This document shows positions 24,830 through 39,125 of a DNA stretch of 64,000 nt, piece by piece. Location of the stretch: contig OZ287753.1 in the NCBI GenBank assembly GCA_965649765.1, positions 23,312,001 to 23,376,000 on the forward strand, given 5' to 3'. Below the pieces are notes generated by a model, which was given only the letters and a program-made list of their open reading frames with translations, was not told the DNA's origin and searched no databases. Source of the DNA: Bispira polyomma. Taxonomy: Eukaryota. The stretch's first letter is position 1. Each line of letters opens with the position of its first letter. The position numbers and the translations under genes are program-made.

Positions 24830-25030
24830 AAAGAAAATGAATAACCGCGTAAAAATTACTTTTTAGCAGATATCACGTCCAATGCGTCTTATTCTAAAGA
24901 ACGCTGACATTCGATACCCTTGATAGTAACTAGAAACCAATCAGATAGCTGGAAATAAAGGCCACGTGCTTAAACCAATAGAATTGCTTTATGAAAGATC
25001 ACATGGGTTACCTATTGTTACGTCAGGCCC
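24830..25030. promoter_or_regulatory. Housekeeping-type promoter cluster
   Basis: Two CCAAT boxes (AACCAATCAG ~24935, AACCAATAG ~24973), E-box CACGTG (24963) and CRE-like TTACGTCA (25018), with CpG enrichment in an AT-rich background, just upstream of the minus-strand ATG|GTAAG. Confidence 0.5.
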
Positions 25031-25699
25031 TTCAAATTTAAATGATCATACCGTAACTATTTAACAAGATTTGTAATATAATTTCAAACCAAAATTAAAA
25101 TTCTTAGATTTGATTAGCGATCGATTTATTATGTAATAGCAAAGAGTAAAACACCAGCTGGGTTTAAAGCACAATATTTATTCGAAAACAAGCTTTACAG
25201 CTACTAAACTGTTCTGGGGATTTTGTCACAACTAAATGCTAATGACAGATTCCGCTCATAGTGTTAACATAAACTGTAACAATTTGTCATAAATAGCTCG
25301 CTAATATGGTACATCACATTGAATTTGGGTGTCTCACTATCAAGTACTAAACTCTTGACAACATTTACTACCACTCAACAGTCTCCACAGTACATTTTGA
25401 TCATGATTTTGTTGAAATATATGCTACTCAACTGGAGGTAGGCGTTTATGTGCAAAACATTATAGTTCCATGTTAACAGTAAATACAATACCAAAATACA
25501 ATTAAATTCACACTTTATTTTCATTTGTTCACAGAATATTTAGAGCAAGACTTTCCTCACATGATTTTAATTGCGTTAGGTAATGACAGAAACACATGCT
25601 GACTCCCAAATATTATTCCTAAGTTGTAGACTATGACTGGTATCAGTTTAACGTATGGCATGCTTTCAGGAGAGGTGGGGGGGGATCCGGTTTGACAAG

Positions 25700-26130
25700 C
25701 CATGTTTTGTTGTGGAGAACAGCTAAGTCAATATTTTTCAGTATGGAGACATGCTACTGCAAGATCTGCTGAGCAAAGAACCATGCACAGCATGTCAGAC
25801 TAGTCAGTCAGGGAGATCCCCAGTCTAGCCAGCCAAAAGTCGGAAGCCAGAAAAATTATCTAGCTGTAATTTTAGCCAAAATAGAATCTCTAGAAGAAAA
25901 TAACATGAGATTTGACATAAAAAGTAAAGGAAAAAAGACATGTGTACAGTCAAAACTATATTTGGTATTTTTAGAGTTCATGAACAAAAGTAAACAGTAG
26001 ACTGGAGAAGTGTCATGGCCACATGAGTTTTTGTTATGCAGGACCCAGTGGAAAAGACCTACCCTATGGGGTTAGTCCCTTTCAAATCATGTCAGGCTTT
26101 TTGCATTATTATGCCAATGCTTATTGGCAT
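25700..26130 (+). mobile_element. Possible DIRS-type retroelement gag remnant
   Basis: Frame-broken WPHEF..AGPSGKDLPYG..SPFQIMSGF resembles the WPHE..Y...LS..Q...GF gag motif of animal DIRS elements; heavily decayed. Confidence 0.35.
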
Positions 26131-28625
26131 AATCATGCTATCCTGAAGATAGTAAGGGGGGGGGGGGTATAGTGAAAAAAGCATGGTAACCTTGGTTACA
26201 TCATGGTTAAATCTTGTAGACAGGGTAATCTTAGAACTTGCTAGGATTTCAGCTTTCATATTTGGCATACCAACTGTGTCTGTTTCAGTGACGATACATT
26301 TATACTTTGGTGTTAATACAGCTAGAAATAAGTGAGCAACAGCCATTTTCTGTTTTTAGGATCGTGAGCTTTGATTAAGGGTATATTACCGCCCATTTCC
26401 TGTCTCTCAGTTTCTAGAATGATCTCCTCAGCTGGTTCATTGATGGATTGTTTTTATTGTTTTTGTGAATGAACGTAGAGTACGTAGTAAGATCACATGA
26501 TCTTCTGAGCATGCGCAGTGACACACTCTTGGTTAATCATTACACAAGACATTGCTAGAACCTTCTTTTCTTTGATATTTCCGGAAACAACTACGTCATT
26601 TGTCTGGGATTGCCTTCAAAATACCGCGAAAACCATAAAAAATTTAAATAAAATTATAAATAAGATACGTTATTTAAGGAAATAAATCTAAACCTTCTAC
26701 TTCATAGATGTTTTCGCAATTAATTGAACTACATTTTGAAATATTTCATAACATCAAAGTGAAGTTAAATCACAGTTTCTAACAGATCTCGGCTCATTTA
26801 TATGTCCCAGATACCTTTCATTTATCTGGAAATCCTCAGACTCGTTTTGGCTGTGTATAAGCAATGAAGTAAGATTGGGGAAAAAATAGAAATATGTGAA
26901 CACATAAACTTAATGGATTATTATTTGGATTATACCAAAATGGTGTTTGCAAAAGTTTCTGGTTTGATTAAGATTTTCGCAGCCGTTGGATAAGATACAG
27001 AAATATTTTTAAATGGAGACTTCAAGCTTATATGACATTCCCTAAAAAATAAAAAGTAAAATATGTGAAGGCATGACCTTCATTGTTGTTTGTATTAAAC
27101 AGAATCACATAAGCAAAGGTACTGTGAATCCTATCTGGCAGTCATTTAAATTTCTTCTTTACGGATTTTGAAGTTTTTATATATATTTTCAACATCGATG
27201 AATTGGTTCCGCAAAAATATCCTGCAAAAAAACTGAATTTTACTTAGTATTTACTGCAGTGAATGGCTGTACCTTCATCAATATTTAACCCTAAGTTTTT
27301 GTATCACCGGAAAGCTATGATTTTGTGCTTTTCGACAGTCCAAACAGTTTCCAGATCCAATGAATATTAGTTGAGCTTTGTAAAGAAATCGTTGTATTCA
27401 TCTTAAAAGTTAAAAATAAATAGGCATTGATCAAATTTCTCTGTAATTGTTTAGGCTAAAATTGATATATCATGAAAGAGCAATGAATACACTTTCTGAC
27501 CCTTTTTACAGAATAGAATTTCCTTCAATGTTGACTGAGATAGTAGTCTTTATATTATGCATACATATTTTACTGTGAAATTTATTTGGCAGTCATTGGT
27601 ATTTTATTGTCACGAGAAATCTGCGTACCGAACGATCCATATTACATCTGAAACGTGAACTTGGAAACTATTTATTTAAAGTTTGCCAAATAATATGTAG
27701 TAAAATATGTAAAGATACAACTTTCTTTGTTGTTAGGATTATATAAAATGACAATATAGGTGTAGTTTCTATTTATATACTGATACCGCAGAGTCAGATT
27801 TGGTCATGAAAGTTAGTCGATAAAATTTGTTCTTAGCCAAATGTCCTGTTAGCGTACGCTTCCTGTTGACGGACAACAATTCTACAAGCAAATCTCTTTT
27901 TTGGGTAGCAGAAAAAATAAAATAAGGACATAAACGGCAGTCTGATCTTTCATATGTATTATCGCCCACAGAAGGCGGCCGCTGTAGTGATTGTGTCCTT
28001 GTCAATTTCGACCACTATCTACTGACTGGTTCACTATTTTTGGACTCGTTAACTCGCTTTGTAGTGGCATCATCATGATGTGGCCGCCAGGTTGGTTGTA
28101 TACAAGAGACGGCTAACAGAAGTCATAGAGATACAATGGAGGAAATGTTCTGCCGGTCAAGGGAAACAGAAAGGTATCTCAAGTTCAGTAACAACATTTG
28201 CCACTTTGTGTGCTGACCTTGGAGGTAATCAATTGACCGAACATGAATGTAATCGAATATTAAGAAACAGGGACAAAAATGACATGTAAAATCAGTGTGC
28301 ATAAGCAAATATCTTGGGATAAACCTTAATGTAAACCCAGCACTATTTTGTATGGTATAATAATAGCACTAGTGTTACAAAGAGTATAGATAGTAACATT
28401 TTATATTTGTGTAGGATAATCTCATCAAGACAGTAGACTAGATAGTAAAAAATTAGGCTTGGAAATACAAGATTCCACATGTACTATTTTTCTTCAAAAT
28501 ACATTGGTTGGTCAAACTGTCACAGATAATATCAATTCTACAACAATGAAGAGTAATGCAAAGATAAGACTACCTTAAGTTATATCTTTACTTAATTCAT
28601 GGTATGAAAATATGTTTGAATATAA

Positions 28626-31000
28626 CCCAGTAGGCACACGACTTGAAAATCAAGTTGATTTCAACCAAAGAATTCAGGTTGAAATACGTTTAGATTTTGC
28701 AAACCGTTTTTAGTTGGATCCAACATTGAAATTTGGTTGATTTCAACCGGAGAATTCAGGTTGGATCCAACATTGAATTATCGTTGGATCCAACGTTGAA
28801 TTCTGGTTGGATCCAACGTTGAAATCTGGTTGGATCCAACGTTGAAATTTTGTTGTTTTTTGGTTGAATCCAACATTGAAATCTGGTCAATTTCTATCTG
28901 AGATTTTAGGTTAAAATTTGTGTAGATTTTGCAAACTATTTTTGGTTGGATTCAACACTGAAATCTATTTGAGTCTAACAGAGATAGAATGTGAACAAAC
29001 TGGATGTTATTTAATTAGTTGACAGTGAAAAATTGTTGAATTTATATGGTTCAAAATGTGGTCATAGTTGGAAACTAAGGTTTTTGTAAACATTGTTACA
29101 ATTAAATTACTCGATAATTTCTTCCTAAGGCAAATGGAAGCTCTTATTGAGTAAATTTAAAATCAAATTAAAAGACACAAATAGTGGGAATCAATAAATA
29201 TCAGTTTTATTGTGTGGATTGTGTATAATTATTGACATTAATTATCTCGTATGTATGAGTGTCTTTTCTTCCTGATGCATATTCTCTGTTGAACCTGCTA
29301 ATTGGAGTATTCCGTTATTTTATATTTTGACGAAATTGTCCCCTTGACTCCACTGAACACTATGAAATAGTTGATTTTATTGGTTTATTGGTCCCTGATT
29401 ATAAATTTCTAACAATAGTCAACATGTACATACAACTGCACTGAAATAGAACTAACATGTAAACTTTTATACTTCATTCCACTTTTATTGAATTAAAGTG
29501 TTTATCACTGATTCTATATGTGTTTGTGTCTATATCCATCTGTATCTTTAGTGTTTAATCCAATAAAATGATTCAAGGAAGTCTGTTTGTCTGGGGATGT
29601 CTTCCTGAAAGCAATAAATGGCTGCATTAAAAACTACTCAAACACAGTTGTAACAAAAGTATATGTTATCTTATACATATGTAGTACTTGAGAACAGAAC
29701 ACACATACACTAGGCATAATTATAAGTCTCTATATAAAATTCCTCAAATGGAAGTCCCATTATTGTAGAATTATTTCATGGTTTACATATGTGTGGAAAA
29801 GGATGACCCTGGGATGACCACAGTACTCAGTAAACATGCTTATAAGATAAGAAGGGATAAACTATTCTCATTATCTAGTCACTATTAGTAGCACATGTCT
29901 TAATTGGCTTTGAAGGCAGCATTAACTTTCAGCTATGTCAACAGCATGCATCAAATATAAAAGGACTTTTAAGTTTTAACCCCATGATATCACTTTTTAT
30001 TTTTTCAAAAGGCTAATTGTTGGGACTATTTGTTGGACATCATTTGTTACACATGAATTTCTTGGATTCAAACTGTTTGACAAAATAGTACAATCAAATT
30101 TTGTAAGTTGTAAGTTGTTTAAAAAATGGGTATTTTTAGACTCATGTAAAAAGTCAAATGGTAAGTAAGCCCATATACTGGACATTTAAACCTGTCCATA
30201 GTCATTTGTAATGTTAAATTTAAGGATACATATATATCTCATTATAATTTGAAATAAAATGATAGCTCTAGTATTTAAGAAATCTGTATTGAAAAAAGGT
30301 AGATTTAGAGATGAAAAAAAGATTGTTTTCTGTGCAGAATTACAGTTATAAAGTTAGATATTTCAAGTTGGTTTATTATAGATTTCGAGTTGAATTCCTA
30401 TACAAAAACTAGTGAAATATTTTCACTTGTTATAATTAATTTTTTAAACATTTTGTTCATTAAGGATAACCACAAACTATAAATTATTACAGTTACACAA
30501 CAGTTTTATACTTTTGCAGTGTGTATATATCTGAAATGTATGTCTACATATAAATATTAAACTCTATACAGTTATGTTAGTACTAGTGATGCCTCAGGAG
30601 CACCTGTTAAAATTTAAATCTAACAAGTTTAGGCTATTATGACAATATACAACATTACATACTACTATATTTTATGCAAAACTATTTCTTGATATATATC
30701 ACACTAACATGTAATAAAGCCAATGAAAGTAAAAAGAGATTTCTCAAGATATTACACATAAATTTAATATTATTAATGCTTACCTTCAAGAAAGATGTCT
30801 GCCAGGAAGTGTAAACTAACTCACTGAGCATGCTCCAGTGAGGTATTCAACCAAAAATCAACACTATTTCTAATCTAAAGGTGGCTACCTTTTTAAGTCA
30901 GGATATTGACTCAGATTTAGTGTTGAAAATCCATTTATCAACGTCAGGACCAATTTTTAACACTAAATCTACGTCGTTTTCAAGTCATGTGCCTGCTGGG
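28626..31000. mobile_element. Non-autonomous EnSpm/CACTA (CCC-ended) DNA transposon, copy 1
   Basis: TIRs CCCAGTAGGCACACGACTTGAAAA / TTTTCAAGTCATGTGCCTGCTGGG; 2-bp TSD AA; subterminal palindromic GTTGGATCCAAC repeats; second copy at 60370-62392. Confidence 0.88.
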
Positions 31001-32489
31001 AAAGTTAGATCTATTCGACAAAGTTTATTCAACACCAACAGCCATTCTATCTTCTGCCACAGCATAGTTCCTTGTGAACACACGTTGAAACAGTTAATGT
31101 TGTTATATATGTCACAACCTGGTGCTCATTTAGTAGTATCATGGCATTAAACCATACAAGGTGGAAATAAAGTGCAAATTGTTTGTGCTCTCAAGTATTT
31201 TAAAAATTGCAAATCTTTGGAAATTTCCCCTTGTTTGTCATTCTCCAAATCATAAGGTAGTTCCACGTTCTTGCCGTTTACAAGGTCAAAAACCTTGGCT
31301 TCAATACTAGCAAGGTTGAGTTTGGTCTACAAAATATACAGTTGCCTCTTCTTTTAGACTTTCAGAGGTGTCTTTTCTTTGAAATAAAAAATTTAGGATA
31401 GTGAAATATTCAGACACATGAGGGCTGGAAAAATGAAGCCACATGGCATTACTTAGAATTCACCCCAGAAGCAGTATCTGAGTTTTTTTGTATTTAGTAT
31501 GGTTAATTTTAAATAATTTAACACAATATAACTAAATGTTTTAACATACTGTGTAGAGAGCTAATTAAATTCTCTAAATTCTTGCCTTTAACAGGGACTT
31601 TAGTTTCATTTAGAAATAGTTCACCTTCTGACCTTAAAAAAAAGAGTCCTATATGGTGTAGTTATATGCCATGTCTGGTGTCTAATTGCTTGGACATTCT
31701 GGATATGTGTGTCAATGCAAACTATGAGATTGGCTTTTTCTTTTAGTCAGCACCTTCCTTGTTATTGTGACACTAATGTTACAACTTTATTGGTGAAGAA
31801 AACCAATGTTATAGCTACAGTTTTCAAGATTCGATTTTTATGGAATACTTTCACTAATTTTCAGAATTACATATTTTCTGTTTTGGTATGTTGTGGAACA
31901 TGCTTTCAGACATTAAACAAAAATATGGACTGTCCATCCGTTATATAGAATTATGTGAAACACCTTCAGGGTGTTGTGTCAATGTTTTTACTCTGCTAGT
32001 GTCAAGGGAAAAAAATTCGTCATCAGAGTTAGGTGGAAGGTGGAAAAACCAATTGATAAAAATGTATTTTGAGAGTTTCCCTGAAGCCTGTCATCAATGA
32101 CTCATTGCTAAGACTGTTATGTTCTGTTATGGTTAGGTTTCACTAAAACACAGGAAAAAACATACTAAAGTTTATTTCTTTGTCTAGGGTTTCACTCACC
32201 CTTCGGTGTGAAACTATCATAATAATATATAGATACTATATGCTGTAATAATAAGTCCTTTGTGGTCCCGTACCTAATTTCAAAGTTCACAGCTTTGTTC
32301 TGTAGTATCCCTGTGTCATGTTGTTACAGTGTTAAACAAAGTAATACTCTTAACTAAAGGGAATTGCCAACTAAAAATCTTTTTTTTCTTTAAATGCTTT
32401 AAATTGATGAAAGTTCATTAACTTGGGAGGAGAGGTTACTAGCACAGTCACTCCCTGACAGAATCTTTACTATTCTGTTAACTAAAGCT

Positions 32490-35390
32490 AATTAATGTTC
32501 ACAATTACTGTTACTAATATCCATAACGCTTTGGTGGCCTCACGGTTCTGTATAACTTGCAAGTTGCTGGGAATGGGGACGCCACTGGTTGTAATTCTGC
32601 GGTCCTGCCTGCTTGAATCTTGATCTGTTGATACTCCTCTGGAATATTTCTTGTTTGCATTCTGGCCAAGTGACAATCACCCTTTTACTAAACAGACTTT
32701 CTTTTTCACTTGTCTCACTTTCGTCGCGTCTACTTATTTCAGGCAAAACTGGAAGTTGTGATACCATAGGAATATCTGTGTCCAGCGTAAATTTCTTCAA
32801 AAACCTACGGTTTCTTGTGATGACTGGGCCTGACCTCAGTTTAACTTGGTATGTACGATCCCTGATCTTCTTTACAATATGTCCTCGAGTATCCCACTGA
32901 TCATTTCTGCAATTATAGACTAGCACATCAGAACAGACTTCAAAGTCTTGAAGGGGTTTTGAACCACGTTTATATTAATAAGCTTGCTTCAGCTTATCTA
33001 GGCTTTTATTTTCAACCACATATGCATCAGTGGCTGTTGACAGGAGTGACAAATGCATTGGCAGTGTTGACCTGATATTTCGCTGATATAAAATACCCGC
33101 TTGGGGAATACCCAGATTTCAATGCAGTGGTGCCATAGGCTAAAAAGTCTTGAAACAAGTCAGATTCAGAATCTTTGCTTTTTTTCAAGATGTTTTTGAC
33201 TACCTTAACACAAGACTCTGCCATGTCTCGCTATGATTGACAGTGTCATTGACGACTGTGTTTGCAGAAATGTCTTGTAAGTTTACCACCTCTGGATAAT
33301 TTGAATAATAATCAACCAGGATAAGGTAGTTAACCCCTTAATATTGGAACAAATCTGTGCCCACCTTCATGCAAGGGCGCAAGGGTACGTGATGGGACTA
33401 AAGTGGTTCATGTTGAAGCTTTGATGAGAATTTCATGCAAGATGGACAGTTTGAAGTCAACTGGTCAATATCGCTCGACATGCCTGGCCAATACACTACC
33501 TCACAGGCACGGCTTTTCGACTTGACTACTCCCATATGTCCTTCATAAATTTTCTTCAGCATGTCTGGGCACATAGATGTTGGTATCAAAACTTTGTTTC
33601 CCTTAAACATAACTCCATCTGCTACACTTAATTCTGCCCAGATATTCCAAAATGGGAGGCTCGGAGAACACTTCTCCCTGCAGTCGGGCCATCCATAAAT
33701 AACTGTGTGCATGAGATCTCTATATTGTACATATTTTGAAGTTTCGGGCCTGACCTGTTCTGGGCAAATATCTCAAAAAGGGTAACATTTTAACCACAGA
33801 AGCTGAACTGATGTCGTATAGCAAATGAAGGTAGCGATATTGGCCATATGGCGTAGAGAAAGCAGTGAGATAAGAGCTTTCTTCGTCAAGAAAATACTTC
33901 ACAGTTCCCAAATTTTGAATGAATTTTCCACCTTTGTGATAAGTTATATCGCTTACGATTTATGGCAGAGTTTAACACACTAGGGTCAAGGCAAATGCGT
34001 AGTTTCCCATTTGGTTTCTCAGCAATTACAAATGCACCGACCCAGTCGGTTGGCTGGTTCACCTCTGTAATAACTCCCATTACTTCCATATTGTCTAGTT
34101 CTTTTTTAAATTTCTCCCTTAGTTGAAAGGGCACTTTGCGCATTGGTTATACTACTGGGGTAACAGAGGTATCCATTTTTATGTTATAGTGACCGGGAAG
34201 GCATCCTAGTCCTTTAAACACATCACTATACTCACTGCCTTTCCAGGCATAACACCCCTTGCTATCCTGCTCCACAACTGACACACTAGGATATGAGTCA
34301 AATGTGACAGTTTTACAATTCAGTTGCACTAATTCCAAACATTTGCACAAATCAAGGCCAAGCAAACTCTGTTGGGTTCCCTTCACAATATGGAGCAGAG
34401 TCTTGGTTTTCCTATTATTATATTTTACCTCTAAGACACATTTCTCTGTAACCTGCAATCTGTCACCTGTGTATCTACGTAGTGTCTCTTTTGCTTCATG
34501 AATTTTCACTATTTTTATGCTTTTGAGGTCACCTTCCGTGATTACATTTGCCTGGGCACCTTTGTCTGATTTAAAAGGGCTAACACACTTGCCTATTGTA
34601 ACCAGGCATGTCCAGTTACTAAGTACATTATCAACAGTATCCACATTGATGACATTGAAGAACAAATCAATATTATTGTCCTCTTCCTATTTACATCAGC
34701 TGATACGTCAATTGAATGTATATTTTTTCTTAAATTTCCACACATTACACTAAAATGATGCCGCCTACCACACTTTGTGCATGTTTTTCTATTGGCCGGG
34801 CATTTTCTAGGTGGATAGTTACCACGTTATCTGCAAATCATTCTCAACGTTTTACCACAGTTGCCTGCACTACTACTTGGTTTAGGCTTTGAGATCTTGT
34901 CACTGCTCCTTCAACTAGACACCACTACTGTTTTGGTAGTACCCTGTTGAAGCTGCTCTATATGGCACATCTGTTGCCTCTGCTGTTTTACAGAGATTGA
35001 TACATTTTCCCAGGGTCAAATCTGCTTCCCTCAGTAATATTTCCTTTAAACCTTTATTAGTTGTGGTAACAACAATCTTATTCCTGATCAGGGAATCTGC
35101 TAAATCACCATACTCACAAGTTTTGATCAATGTCCGCATACGAGTCAGATAGCTTTCAATGTGCTCCTTCAGCCTGGGTGGCCTTGTTGAAGTTGAACCT
35201 CTTTAACACTACATGAGTCTTTGGTGTGAAATAGGCCTCAAATTTTGCAATCATTGGCGATAATTTTTCTTATTTACTAGAGAGTCAAATAAGAATGAAT
35301 GGAAAGTTTTGATCGCCTGCTCCCCCATAGTGTGCAAAAGAATAGCCACCTGGATCAATTTATCCTTCTTATCTTTTTTGGGTTCCTTTG
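32490..35390 (-). mobile_element. Decayed Ty3/Gypsy LTR retrotransposon internal region (gag-protease-RT-integrase)
   Basis: Gag (CEYGDLADSLIRNKIV, CCHC remnant), protease (FKSDKGAQAN), RT start (KPNGKLRICLDP..LN), integrase zinc finger (EGHMGVVKSK...YWPGM...CPSC), AESCVKVVK and GPY/F-like C-terminus (RTYQV...TRNRRFLK). No LTRs identified. Confidence 0.9.
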
Positions 35391-37413
35391 AACATATATA
35401 GACTTAATTTGTGAACATTTTACTTGTTTTAACAGGATTAAGCCTCAAGTATAGCTATATATATCTACTTAAACTAGAACAAATTAGAAGACATTTCAGG
35501 ACAGCCTGTCGGTTGTTTGGATAATTGTATTAAACAAATACACAAATAAGATGTAGACTTGGGTTTAATTTTTACTTACAACAGTTATAACTTATGAGAT
35601 GAAAGAAGTCACTCGCAAAATTTTTTTTTCCTGATCCCCGTAAAAAAATATTGACCGAAATAAACTATTGCAATTCATCATCAAGGTATTTTATCATAAT
35701 ACTACCCAGAGCAATACCTCCAACAGAGTGCAATTAATGTTCATCACTGGTTGATATATCAAGGGATAAAACCTACATGAAAACTACAGCACCTTATTTT
35801 ATAGACATATAATATGTAACACATGACCAGCCAGAGGTCAAGGTGTCTCAGGTTTTAAAATAACGATCCTCAGAACGATCCATACTGTTCACATATATTT
35901 AACTACATCATAATATATCAGACACAAATATATTTAGCTCGGAGAAACTGTCAAGTTAGTCAAAAGCTTGTGTTGTAAAAAATAACAGTTCTTTCTTACA
36001 TATTTATTCTGGTCAGGGAATGGCTAGCTATAGGCTGTTCAGGTCTTAAATATGTTTTAATCTAAAAAAATGTGGCCAGAATATCAGTTAAAATGCGTAA
36101 AAATAGTAAAATATGTTCTGCACCAGCTGTGGATATTTAAGCCAATGTCATGGGTTGTATTGCAAATTTGATCAGCTCTATTTAAGCGAAAGGAAGTGCT
36201 TCACAGAACAGACCTTAACTATGTTATTCTGCTTAAACAACCCACAATGATGTACCTTGTGCTGTGGTCACACTGAGTACGTACGCATTATGATGTTTTT
36301 TTTATAAACAGGAGAAAACGAAGTGAAATCAGGAAAACAGGAAACGTAGCAAAAATCAAAAGTATGGGCCATTCAGTACACGTTCAGTACGCATTTGTAC
36401 ATGTTTGTACATGCATTTAATACGTTTTAATAGCCATTTCAATTATATTTAACTCGTTAACCACATTTTAATGATACGTTAGCTAAGTTAGCCACGTTTC
36501 TAGAAATACATTAGCCATGCTTCTAAACCCGTTTCAATCCCGTTCTCATTTTTAACGGTTGTGAACTCGTTTCATTCTCATTCTCCTCGTCCTTAATATT
36601 ATTTGTAGGTATTGTTTGTTTTACTCCCGTCCATTATGTCAAATACGCTTTAAATACTTGTCATATGTTTGCCGCAAAAGCACCAACGTTTCCAGAAAAA
36701 TTTTCAGCAAAAGCCTAAAAACTTAAAAAAATTTCCAGCAGTCCAAAAATTAAGATGTTTTTTTTTTAAACAGGAAATAAGAAAACTTGAGGTGCCATAT
36801 TTTACCTTAGTTTACTCACGTTCTTTATGTTTACTACGTTTAACTTAGAGTACAAACTTATGCAATGGGGTACAAAAGTTTAAAGGTTTGTGCCGCCCTC
36901 TCAAAGTCAATTATCTCACAGGTTATCAAATAGTAGGAGAATGACTTATTTGGCTGAACCACCCATTTTCGAGTAGTTTTTGTGATATAAGCTAAATCCT
37001 CATTAAAGTACATATAATAATTAGGCACGTACTCACTTAGCTTGATCCGGATCTGCACCAAAATTTAATGGATTCTTATATGGCCAATGTTCCTGCTGTC
37101 AACAAAATTTGTCTTGATGTATATTATATAACAAATGAAAACCATTGATTCATTCTTTAAAACAGATTATATTCCAGGTTTATACCAGTGCATGTTTCCC
37201 AATTATCTAAAACTATTCATTGTTCCAATTTCTCAATTACAGAACATCTTGGTTTATTGTTGTCTCCAATGTATAAGAGAAATTAAAACAAGATATTTGA
37301 GAAACAAAAATTATTTTATTTTGAAATGGGACGAGTTGTTTTCAAACATTCATTTCACCCCGATATAATATTTGATCATTGTACGAATTTTGTGCTAGTA
37401 AACCTACTTATGT

Positions 37414-37634
37414 TTATGCCCGGTTCTGTTGGTTTGTTTCTCACAAGAATTACACAAAAACTTACTAAACCAATTTACATAAAACTTGGTGAAGGAATGG
37501 GGCATGGACCACAGAAGAATTTGAGGCAGCTATGGTGTTATGGGGCAGAAGCAAGAATTTTTTTTTTTCACTTTTTACCACTGTGATACATTGGCAGAGG
37601 TATGACTGAGGCTTTACCGAGTGCCATTCTAGTA
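37414..37634. mobile_element. Helentron/HINE-like short repeat (second copy ~42287-42512)
   Basis: Motif GTTGGTTTGTTT...AAAACTTGGTG...GGCAGAGGTATG...CCGAGTGCCATTCTAGT, typical of CTAGT-ended non-autonomous elements. Confidence 0.45.
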
Positions 37635-39125
37635 ATGTTAAAATATTCAAGTCAATGATGTTTAAACATCTAGAAATTACAAAACTGTCTTGATGCTTTA
37701 TGAATCCATATAATTTTTTTACATAAAACATAACAATTTTAAATGAATATAAAATAATATTTACACGTAGCTAGTACACGTGGTGGTTTTCTAATACAGT
37801 AACAGTTTCATCATTTTTTCATGGCAGCATACAACAGATGACTTGCATCATAATACTGAATTTTGGATGAAAAGGGATAGTCTCAAAATATAGGAGCATT
37901 TCAGACAGCTGCAGAATCATGGTTAGGGTGCATGTAAATACTTGGAAGGAGGCAGGGTGGTGGAGAGAAAGTAATCTTGTGTATTGGAGGGTTATCTGGC
38001 CTTATATGGTTATCTTTGTCTTGTATGGTTAATATTACCCTATAGGGTTATCCTGAAGGTGATAAGTAAAGTAAGCAATTTTGTGAGCTTATACAGTTAT
38101 CTTGACCTTATATAGTTATCTTAGCCTGCCATATGTGGTTGCATGAATAAGATAAGTAAAGTAAGTAATATCAGAGTAAACTTTGCAATGAATGTACCAG
38201 TCCCATATTTGTATAGTACATTTTAAGTACTGGCTGACTGGCTAATTTAAAAGTCAGGCATTTATAAAAATAACTCTTGATGGCGTTATCTTTCTTAACA
38301 AAGGTCATTACAGTTTTGTGAATGATTTTGGGTTCCCTCTTTTTGGCAGTAGGCTTAGATCTACAGTTGCTAGGTCACAAAAAGGTATAACACACTCACA
38401 CATAAAACTGGGTTCTTTAAGCATGGTATGTCAAATTTACCAACATCTTGTGATAAAATATATACATATCGTTCAAAAATTATTTAAGGGAACACATATA
38501 TATACCTAATATAAAAACTTTATAAAAGTTTCACTAAAGCTTTAACATGCTACAAAAAAACACACGTGGTGTAAAGTTAAGTAAGTTACTGATTCTCTTT
38601 TTGATTTACTACTACCTATATTTGATGCCCACTGTACTAGTCCAGGAATCATTTGATCACTTTTAATAACCTAGCTAGTGTTAATGGTCTACAGTAATAA
38701 AATTAAATAATTGCAAAGAGAAATGGTTAATTTCTTAATGGCTATGCAATGTTACTGCTTTGATAATGCTTAATAGGATGGCAGAAAATAGTCATATTTG
38801 TATTTTACATAAATACTGGCATGAAAAAGCTTTTTGTTCTTCCTGTCAACTTCCAGGATTTAAAGTAAATGTAAACAACTAAAATTGACTTTTTACGCCA
38901 CATCAAAAACCAGTGTAATGCAATATTCTGCATCCCCAGGCTTTCTATCAAAAAATTTGTTAAGGAAATCACTCTGTTGAGGAAGGTAAATAGTAAAAGA
39001 TGTAACCTGTTGCATACATAGTTACATAATTGTCAATAAATACAAGTTTCACTAATTAAAAATCAAACATGTTTTAGTGATATTAATCGAGGTTTTAGTG
39101 AACAAATATGCCAATCTATAAACTA

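Larger units (their letters stand above)
21650..24830 (-). other. Putative spliced minus-strand transcript (product unknown, coding status unresolved)
   Basis: ATG|GTAAG donor at 24798/24797; candidate small exons at ~24379-24433, 22020-22088 and 21935-21980; terminal acceptor T-tract-CAG at ~21717 followed by AATAAA at 21666-21671. No convincing joined ORF was found. Confidence 0.3.

Noticed and set aside
28640-28960. Short palindromic repeats GTTGGATCCAAC as a CRISPR or operator array
   Set aside because: They are subterminal repeats of the EnSpm element and recur in copy 2.
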